29,878 nt of DNA from Octopus sinensis (taxonomy: Eukaryota): NCBI RefSeq assembly GCF_006345805.1, contig NW_021827598.1:1-29878 (forward strand), in the 5' to 3' direction. The translations under genes and the position numbers were made by a program. The notes under the pieces were generated by a model. It was not told where the DNA came from, searched no databases, and saw only the letters and a list, made by a program, of their open reading frames with translations. Below, in pieces: positions 22,256 through 29,878 of the stretch. Each line of letters begins with the position of its first letter. Within the stretch, counting starts at the first letter, position 1.

Positions 22256-22472
22256 CCACTTAATGAGGACCTTCAGCTCCACAACAGCCACGGCATGTAT
22301 GCAGTTCGCTGATCTGCAAGAAATAGCAGCCAAATCAATATTGTCTTTGGAATAAAGATACATCGGACAAAATAATTTCGATAAAGGATACAGGATGGTC
22401 ACGGACGGAATATTTTTGATCTTTGGCATGTTTAGTCAGCCTTGACCTTGGGAGCTCAACAACAACAACAAG
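22110..22472 (+). mobile_element. Two tandem fragments of a retroposon 3' end with an (AAC)n tail
   Basis: GCAGTTCG...TCTGCAAGA(T/A)ATAGCAGCCAAATC...CACATCGG/TACATCGG...GATGGTCACGG...GGAATAT.TTTGATCT occurs at 22110-22250 and 22301-22422. The second copy ends CTTGACCTTGGGAGCTCAACAACAACAAC. The motif CTAGAAATAACAGCCA also occurs on the minus strand near 3456-3471. Confidence 0.6.
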
Positions 22473-22622
22473 GAAAAAACTGTAGAGAACTGTCACATAG
22501 AAAAGAGAAACCGATTTAAATTGGTTTTTACAAAGAACTGCCATCTTCGGCACCGCATCTTTCTAACTCGCAGACAGCAGAGAACTTGTATAATGGTAAC
22601 TGAAATTAGATGCATGGCAGAA

Positions 22623-22773
22623 TGGTAATGCTGCTGCTACCGCTGCCGCTGCTTCTGCTACTGCTGTTGTTATTGTTGTTGTAGGTGGTGGTGGTGGTGG
22701 TGGTTTTGGTGGCGGTGGTGGTGGTGGTTTTGGTGGTGGTGGTGGTGGTGGTTTTGGTGGCGGTGGTGGTGGT
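22623..22773. repeat. (GCT)n-(GTT)n-(GGT)n tract with a 24-bp higher-order unit (GGT)5-TTT-GGT-GG(C/T)
   Basis: TTT interruptions are spaced 24 bp apart (three times). Confidence 0.85.
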
Positions 22774-23084
22774 GTTAACGTTAATGTTATTATCGGAAAT
22801 AGTTCAGCACATACAAGAGCCAATGGTAACAAATTGATTTTCAATGTTCTGTCATGGTTTGCCATTTGGTTAACACCAAAAGAAAAAGAAGAAAAAAAAC
22901 AAAGAAAAAAGGAAGGAAAGTAAAAACGAAAATACCAAAAAGAACGCCATTATAATGTACAAAAAATTATTGTTTTTGATATTTTCATTGTAACTTAACT
23001 GAGTTTTTTTTCTCTTTTTTTTTTTGTCTTTTTACATGTGTGGTGAAAATCTACAGTTATCTAGATACGATGTATCAAGTTCTG

Positions 23085-23490
23085 TGTTCAGATCCCGTTA
23101 AAGGCCAAATTTTCCTTTCATACACCCGAAGTTGACAACATAAAGTACCAGTCAAATACTGGGGTCAATTGAATTGTTTGTTCCGCCCCCTCGCCATCAG
23201 CAAACAAATGTCTGGATTCGTATCCTAAATTTCGGTTGTGAATTGACAAAAAAACTACATAACTACACACTGCAGTGTTTCTTCTGGTTTTTGGCATCTG
23301 GAGCTCAAATTCTGCTCGCCTGAGCCTTGCTTCGCATCATTTCAGGGTCGATAAAATAAGTACCAGTTTGGTACTAGGGATCGATATAATCAAATAACCA
23401 CCCCGGATAAAAGTGCTCGTCTTGTTTCAAAATTTGATTCCATTAAGGCGGCGAATCTACATCGGACAAAATACTTAGTGAGATTTTTTT
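23085..23490 (+). mobile_element. Three decayed family A SINE fragments (~23085-23200, 23297-23440, 23445-23490)
   Basis: AAGTACCAGTCAAATACTGGGGTC; GGGTCGATAAAATAAGTACCAG; AAGGCGGCGAA...GGACAAAATACTTAG. Confidence 0.6.
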
Positions 23491-23520
23491 CACACACATA
23501 TATATGCATAAATATGTATA

Positions 23521-23683
23521 CAACAGGCTTCTTTCAGTTTCCGTCCACCAGACACACTCGCAAGGCTTTGGTCAGCTCTAGACTATAGTAGAAGACACTT
23601 ACCTAAGATGCCACGCAGTGGGACTGAATCCAGAAACATGTGGTTACGAAGCAAGCTTCTTACCATATAGCCACGCTTGCGCC
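23521..23683 (-). mobile_element. SINE family B, 5' half
   Basis: Aligns with 24130-24290. Confidence 0.88.
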
Positions 23684-23881
23684 TGTATATACATTTATAC
23701 ATGTATATGCATGTGTGCGCATGTGGGAATGCGTGTGTGTGTGTGTGTGTGGATTTGTGGATGGATGGATGGATGAACGGTTGGATAGATGGTTGGATGG
23801 ATGGTTCGATGGATGGCGGTATACCCGTACATACATAAGTGGAACGTATCTTTACTGTTTTATATTCTTCCTTTCTTTTCT

Positions 23882-24290
23882 TTTATTTGTTTCAGTCATT
23901 TGACTGCGGCCATGCTGGAGCACCGCCTTTAGTCGAGCAACTCAACCCCGGGACTTATTCTTTGTAAGCCCAGTACTTATTCTATCGGTCTCTTTTACCG
24001 AAGCGCTAAGTGACGGGGACATAAACACCCCAACATCGGTTGTCAAGCAATGCTAGGGGGACAAACACAGACACACACAAACACACACACACATATATAT
24101 ATATATACATATATATATACATATATACGACGGACTTCTTTCAGTTTCCGTCTACCAAATCCACTCAGAAGGCTTTGATCGGCCCGAGGCTACAGTAGAA
24201 GACACTTGCCCAAGGTGCCATGCAGTGGGACTGAACCCGGAACCATGTGGTTGGTAAGCAAGCTACTTACCACACAGCCACTCCTGCGCC
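23882..24290 (-). mobile_element. Full-length (~410 bp) tRNA-derived SINE family B
   Basis: Minus strand head GGCGCAGGAGTGGCTGTGTGGTAAG...GGTTCAGTCCC (A/B boxes), internal (TA)/(TG) tract, tail ...GCTCCAGCATGGCCGCAGTCAAATGACTGAAACAAATAAAAG. Confidence 0.92.
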
Positions 24291-24552
24291 TATACTTCAA
24301 TTTTTTTTTTATCTTCTAATGTTTTCTCTGACAAGGGTGTCTAAAATGCGTGTTTTAGTGAACCGTTTCTCTCGATGTTTCACTAGGCTGGTTTTTTGCC
24401 AGAAACAACAAACAAAACAACAACAACAACAACAACAGCAGTACTTGAGTAAGTAAGGATAAAAACAAAAAAATGTATTATGATAGCTTCTACACGGTTA
24501 AGGTCCCCTATGTGTTCTTGTGTGTATGTGTGCCTCTGTGTGTGTGTTTGAG

Positions 24553-24595
<43 letters not shown>

Positions 24596-24861
24596 TGCAT
24601 GTGTGTACGCGTGCACGTTTTCGTCGGCGTGTATAAATGTGTGAATATGCATAATGTAGACACGATATATGCTTTTGTATCTAGGTTTATGTATATGCCT
24701 ACCTTCAAGCTTCGGTCTGCGAAAACTTGTATGGTCTTCTATATACTTGCACTCGCATATATATAGATGCATACACACACACACACACACATATATATAA
24801 ACATATATACATATATATACATATATGTGTGTGAATGTGTGTGTGTGTATGTCTGTGTATG

Positions 24862-24906
<45 letters not shown>

Positions 24907-24910
24907 TATA

Positions 24911-25110
24911 CCTATATATATATAGTGAGAATTTACGAAAAGGCGAAAGACGAAGAGGGGTGTGTAAACACAGACAGATGTATTTAAACCGCACGGGAAG
25001 CGAGAAAGTCTTTTACGTTTCGAACCTACGCTCTTCGACATAAAGGAACACAGAAATATACAGAGAGAGAAAATATAAAAAGGTTTGGTGGCTTGTCGTG
25101 ATTAATAATA
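24911..25110 (-). mobile_element. Probable Penelope-like terminus abutting (TA)n
   Basis: Unique ~200-bp segment next to (TA)n that contains a degenerate minimal hammerhead-like motif (25010-25045). Confidence 0.45.
25010..25045 (-). ncRNA. Degenerate minimal hammerhead-like motif (probably inactive)
   Basis: Minus strand: CUUU-AUGUCGAA-GAGC-GUAG-GUUC-GAA-ACGU-A-AAAG. 4-bp stem I, 4-bp stem II, loopless palindromic stem III, GUA triplet. The core differs from CUGANGA at positions 3 and 6. Confidence 0.4.
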
Positions 25111-25199
25111 AATTCTCATATATGGCATCTTCCGTCTTTCATTGGCCATATGTGTGTATGTGTGTGTAACTGTATAACAATATAATATAATAATATAAG

Positions 25200-25286
25200 G
25201 CGGCGAGCTGGCAGAAACATTAGCACGTTGGGCGAAATGCTTCGTGGTATTTCGTCTGTCGTTACGTTCTGAGTTCAAATTCCGAC
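25200..25286 (+). mobile_element. Family A SINE head, 3'-truncated
   Basis: GGCGGCGAGCTGGCAGAAACATTAGCACG...GTTCTGAGTTCAAATTCCG, then unrelated sequence. Confidence 0.9.
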
Positions 25287-25344
25287 CTTACATAAGTCAA
25301 AAATCGAACGCCCCAAATCTATATGTGTATATATATATAATCTG

Positions 25345-25402
<58 letters not shown>

Positions 25403-25651
25403 ATATATTTAATAATAATAATAATACATACATACATACACATACATGCATATAAAATACGCGCTCAAGATCACACACACACATACAGAGACAGGCAGAC
25501 GAATGAATATTGAGCACAGCCAAGCATACATGCATATATATCCATATGTGTGTGTGTAAATATGTATATATATATATATACTGTTGTTTGTGTGTAAATA
25601 TGAATATATATATACTGTTGAATATATGGCAGTAGATGCATGCACGCGCGT

Positions 25652-26210
25652 CTATCTCTCTCTCTCTCTCTCACTCACTCTTTCTCTCACTCACTTTTTC
25701 CCTTTCTCTATTACTCTCTTCCTGTTTCTCCCTTTCTCACTTTCTCATTCTCTCTCTCTTTCTCTCTCCCTCTTTCTCTCTTTCCTATCTCTCACTCTCA
25801 CTCTCTCTCTCTCTCTCACTCACCCTTTCTCTCTCTCACCCGCTGTTTCTTCACTCACTCACTCACTCTTTCTTTCTCTTTCATTCTCTCTCTCACTCTC
25901 ATTCTCACTCTCCCTTCTGCACCCTCACTCTTTCTTTCTCTTTCATTCTCTCTCTCACTCTCATTCTCACTCTCCCTTTTGCCCTCTCACTCACTCACTC
26001 ACTCACTTTTTCTTTCTCTTTCATTCTCTTTCTCTCTCTCATTCTCACTCTCCCTTTTGCCCTCACTCACTCACTCTTTCTTTCTCTTTCATTTTCTCTC
26101 TCACTCCCATTCTCACTCTCACTCTTGTCCTTTCACTCACTCTCTCACACTCTCCCTCTCTCCCGCCCTCTCTATCCCCGTCTCCCTCTCTCTCTCTCTC
26201 TCTCTCTCTG
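25652..26210. repeat. CT-rich tract with four ~62-78-bp cryptic units
   Basis: The anchor TTTCTTTCTCTTTCATT occurs at ~25869, 25931, 26009 and 26077. Confidence 0.9.
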
Positions 26211-26228
26211 TGTTCCCTATCTCTGTAG

Positions 26229-26265
26229 CAATGGAAGCTGAGACTAACCAGAGGCGAGATGACAG
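26229..26265 (+). CDS. Candidate 37-nt exon with ATG in good context (MEAETNQRRDD+AG)
   Basis: Preceded by a ~570-nt pyrimidine tract and CTCTGTAG; GCAATGG context; donor CAG|GTACAA. Phase-compatible with 29564 onward. Confidence 0.3.
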
Positions 26266-26874
26266 GTACAATTGCCAAAATATTGCAAAACTAATTAAGT
26301 CTTTTCTGCTGATGTATTTTCTAGCCTAAAATACCAACTACGTGAGAGACACCGGCGCGATATTGGAAGTGTCAAATGCTATGTTATTTCTCACGTGTGA
26401 GAGACATTATTACACACACACACACACACACACATACATACATACATACATACATACTCACGATTTATGGAAGTCTACACTCACAGTTACCCATATATAC
26501 CCAGGCGTATGCGTAAGTACATCTAAAGGCAGAAACATCTACATAATAATGCACCTATATATTGTTAGGGATATATGTACAAAGGTATAATTGGTTTTCT
26601 AAATATGGTTAATATACAAGCATTCATGTATGTATGTATGTATGTATGCATACATACATACATACATACATATATACATACATACATACATACAAATAGA
26701 CAGACAGACAGACATGTATACATACATTCGTAAACACATATATACTTGTATATATATATATATGTATGTATGTATGTATATTGTATGCGTGCGCGTGTAT
26801 TTTGTGTGTTACTAAGTCGAGGGACACGGGTACTTCTTTCCCAATTTGACTATAACTTCTAACTAGCTTGAGAT

Positions 26875-26985
26875 CGTGGAGCTTTAGGTGCTTTCGCTCA
26901 ATAAACACTCACAACGCCCGGTCTGGGAGTCGAAACTACGATCCTACGGCCGCAAGTCCGCTGCCATAACCACTGGACCATTGCG

Positions 26986-26987
<2 letters not shown>
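26875..26987 (-). mobile_element. tRNA-derived SINE family C head
   Basis: Minus strand GGCGCAATGGTCCAGTGGTTATGGCAGCGGACTTGCGGCCGTAGGATCGTAGTTTCGACTCCCAGACCGGGCG has A box TGGTCCAGTGG and B box GTTTCGACTCC and lacks a complete acceptor stem. Confidence 0.8.
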
Positions 26988-27023
<36 letters not shown>

Positions 27024-27453
27024 TATCTCTATATATATATATATATTATATATATATATATAATATATATGCATCTCTCTCTCCTCGATATATATATATT
27101 ATAATATATATAAAAGACAGAGGGAGTGATAGATAGATAGATACATAGACAGATAGATAGATACATAAACAGATAGATAGATACATGGACAGATAGATAG
27201 GTAGATAGGTAGGTAGAAAGATAGATAGAAAGAGTGAATGAGTGATGGTCATGAATGTATATGTTTATATAATTATACGTACATGTGTAGATATTTGAGA
27301 GAGACACGAAAAAAAAGAAGGCAGGATGTGGAAAAGAAAAAAAATGAAAACAAAAAAAAACAAGGAAAAATAAGGAATAAATTACTGGAAACTTTCGTAA
27401 ACAATGAGAAAGCGATAGTGAGAAAGTTATGGCGAGATGGAGAAAAGATTGAG

Positions 27454-27521
27454 GCCATTTTGTCCGTTAACTGACCGCTCCGCTGTTACATCCGTAATCC
27501 CCTGTTGCAGGCTGCCATCTT
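27454..27521 (-). promoter_or_regulatory. Two YY1-type motifs (AAAATGGC, AAGATGGCAGC) in a unique CpG-containing island
   Basis: GCCATTTT at 27454-27461 and GCCATCTT at 27514-27521. Motif match only. Confidence 0.2.
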
Positions 27522-27819
27522 GGATATTTTCCAAACGAAACATTTTCCATTTATTGTTTTTATTATTTTATTGTATCGTCGGTTTTGTTTTCTGGGTTTT
27601 TTTTTTATTTCTTCTTATATTATCGATTCCACTAAAGCGATTTTGTTCGTTTTTTTTTATATAAATTCTTTTTATTTCGTTTATATATATATATTTTTTT
27701 TTTCTTCTCGGTGATATTTTGGTGGTTTGTAGAAACCGAAGTTACTGTTAAGCATCTTTTTCGGGTGTGTATCTGTCTCTGTCTCTCTGTTTGACTCTTA
27801 TATTATGTATGTATCTATA

Positions 27820-27940
27820 TATATATATATATATATATATACGTGTGTGTTGTGTGTGTATGTATATATATGTATATATATATAATATATATTCATATAT
27901 ATATATATATATATAATATATACTAATACATATATATATC

Positions 27941-27973
<33 letters not shown>

Positions 27974-28029
27974 TATAATATATTATATGAATATATATAT
28001 ATATATATGCATATATATATATATATCTT

Positions 28030-28062
<33 letters not shown>
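27820..28062. repeat. (TA)n microsatellite
   Basis: Direct reading. Confidence 0.95.
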
Positions 28063-28063
<1 letters not shown>

Positions 28064-28065
28064 AA

Positions 28066-28481
28066 CTAGGTCTGATAATAGGTATCCGAACTGTTGCCAT
28101 AGTAACGAAACCGAAGCATGCGGAGCAAAGCCGCTGGGCACAGATGGTCCCTAAACGCTGCTGTACATGTGCACTAAATTTTATCGTTGAAAACTTGTTT
28201 TGAAAAGTTTTGGGACGACCTCTGAGCAGGCGTTGCCAAGATTTTGGTAAAATCTGATGCAGATTCTCTGCTCAACTTTCAGTACGACGTCAGTAAGACG
28301 ATCACACGCTACACACCTTCCTTCCAAGTACCGCTGGAAACAGCAGATGTAAGCTAGAGCGTTAAACCTTAGTGCACACATAGAACTGTGTTCTAGGTTA
28401 ATCTGTGCCCAGCGACTTTACTCTCCACACTTTAGCTCCGTTACTATAGCAACAGACCAGATACTTATTGATCAGAGCAAT
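28066..28481 (-). mobile_element. Mariner-derived MITE / internal-deletion derivative with ~78-bp imperfect TIRs inserted in (TA)n
   Basis: 28067-28145 matches the reverse complement of 28401-28478 (ATCTGTGCCCAGCG...CGTTACTAT.GCAACAG...GATAC.TATT.ATCAGA), with TA on both sides. Confidence 0.85.
28205..28279 (-). pseudogene. Relic of a mariner transposase N-terminus (KVEQRICIRFYQNLGNACSEVVPKL)
   Basis: Part of ORF 28181..28381. Matches the EQRxxIKFCxKLGxxxxE first-helix motif of mariner/Mos1-type HTH domains. No DDD domain is present. Confidence 0.7.
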
Positions 28482-28517
28482 TTATATATACATATACATA
28501 CATATTATATATACTAT

Positions 28518-28559
<42 letters not shown>

Positions 28560-28607
28560 ATTATCATATATTATATATAATATATATATATATATGTTAT
28601 ATATAAA

Positions 28608-28720
28608 TACAAAATGGGACAAGAACGCAAAACACTCGAAGAGACGACACAAAATACGGACGGGTCATCCGAAACCTCTAATCTTCAGTCTAGAACCGGA
28701 TCATCCTCGCAATTTCGGCT
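28608..28720. mobile_element. Short unique insert between (TA)n tracts, possibly another PLE-type terminus
   Basis: Same (TA)n-embedded context as the 16.1, 16.4 and 24.9 kb pieces. CTGAAGA is present on the minus strand but there is no complete hammerhead fold. Confidence 0.25.
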
Positions 28721-28735
28721 GATATATACGTATAT

Positions 28736-28918
28736 TTTTCGTCTGCCGTTACGTTCTGAGTTCAAATTCCGCCGAGGTCGACTTTGCCTATCATCCTTCC
28801 GGAGTGGATAAATTAAGTACCAGTTACGCACTGGGGTCGATATAATTGGCTTAATCCGTTTGTCTGTCCTTGTTTGTCCTCTCTGTGTTTAGCCCCTTGT
28901 GGGTAATAAAAGAAATAG
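28736..28918 (+). mobile_element. 5'-truncated young family A SINE
   Basis: TTTCGTCTGCCGTTACGTTCTGAGTTCAAATTCC...CCCCTTGTGGGTAATAAAAGAAATAG. Confidence 0.92.
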
Positions 28919-29235
28919 TGGTGGTGGTGGTTTTGTTGTTGCAGTTGTTGTTGACTTTGTGCAATTTTGGTTGTTGTTACAATTGATTTGGCTGCCAATG
29001 TCAAGGTTTTATTATTGCATCTCATGTTGAAGTTATTCTTCCTGCTGCTGTTGTTGTTGTTGTTGTTGTTGTTGGCGGGGGAGGCGGCGTTCATGGTGAC
29101 CGTCTTTCAAAGGCACCAATTTTTGATGTTGATTTACCTTTAAATTTTTTTTTCTGATCTTCGCAGTCAAATTTATATTTGTACTTGCCTTGTTATTGTT
29201 CTATATTTCTTGAAGCTACGACTACATTACATATA

Positions 29236-29261
29236 TTTTTATTATTATTATTATTGTTATA

Positions 29262-29297
<36 letters not shown>

Positions 29298-29307
29298 GTT
29301 GTTGTTG

Positions 29308-29347
<40 letters not shown>

Positions 29348-29463
29348 GTTACTATATTATTGTTACTGTTATTTTATTATTATATTGTTATTATTTTTAT
29401 TATTATTATTATTATGTTATTATTATTATTATTGTTATTTTATTGTTATTGTTATTGTTATTA

Positions 29464-29501
<38 letters not shown>

Positions 29502-29533
29502 GTTATTATTATTATTATTATTTTATTATTATT
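29236..29533. repeat. (TAT)n/(TGT)n cryptic trinucleotide tract
   Basis: Direct reading; explains most of the Tyr/Ile/Leu-rich ORFs between 29210 and 29817. Confidence 0.95.
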
Positions 29534-29563
29534 CTGTTTGTCTATTTGTTTATTTTTTTCTAG

Positions 29564-29693
29564 GCGTCCCTCATTTGGATTCGCAAGCTTTCTTTCTCAT
29601 CTTCATCTGCCCAATTTATCCCATCAACGTGACATTTACAGAGACCAATGTACACACTACGGTCAACTTGCTGCCAAGTATATTCTTAACTAA
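29564..29693 (+). CDS. Candidate exon (RPSFGFASFLSHLHLPNLSHQRDIYRDQCTHYGQLAAK...), unknown protein
   Basis: Strong acceptor TTGTTTATTTTTTTCTAG. The frame is open to TAA at 29691-29693; donor uncertain (GTCAAC or GTATAT). Phase matches exon 26229-26265. Confidence 0.3.
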
Positions 29694-29878
29694 TATATAT
29701 ATATATCTTTTTACTTTGTTACTTTCTCACATGTATTTTATTCGTTGTTCTTCCAAATACGATTTATCAGGAACCGAGCTTGATAATGTCTTTGACAGGC
29801 CAACCTACCTGCACTGAGTGTACCATATATGCATCAGTATATGTGTGTGCGTGTGCATTTGTCCGTGTTGCGTGAATG

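Noticed and set aside
26910-26987. Functional tRNA gene (likewise the other SINE heads)
   Set aside because: A and B boxes are present, but no complete cloverleaf or acceptor stem could be folded, and the sequence continues into SINE body.
28181-28381. 66-aa ORF as an expressed gene
   Set aside because: It lies inside a MITE, and only ~25 residues resemble a transposase; it is a relic.
28645-28695. Hammerhead around CTGAAGA on the minus strand
   Set aside because: No GAAA on the same strand, and stems I and III cannot be paired.

Overview
This is AT-rich, microsatellite-saturated eukaryotic DNA, almost certainly intronic or intergenic. The SINE families look like those of Octopus (recognised from memory, not searched). 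No intact protein-coding gene is supported: essentially all long ORFs in the track are translations of (CA/TG)n, (TA)n, (GATA)n or trinucleotide repeats. Main contents: (1) about 20 tRNA-derived SINE copies or fragments of at least 3 families, including a nested insertion with a 17-bp TSD and a 6-unit head-to-tail array; (2) a ~4.8-kb (CA)-rich minisatellite; (3) a mariner-derived MITE with transposase N-terminal remnants; (4) a Helentron/HINE-like element carrying a ~250-bp templated inverted insertion; (5) LINE 3' ends. The most interesting signal is at 16.1-16.65 kb: two adjacent palindromes flanked by (TA)n, each made of two inverted copies of a type I hammerhead ribozyme. One has a canonical CUGAUGA core; the other is a minimal CCGACGA-core variant with a palindromic stem III. 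A third degenerate minimal hammerhead lies at 25.0 kb. These are best explained as Penelope-like retroelement termini. A few candidate plus-strand exons (notably 26229-26265 joined to 29564 onward) are weakly supported by splice signals and phase only.
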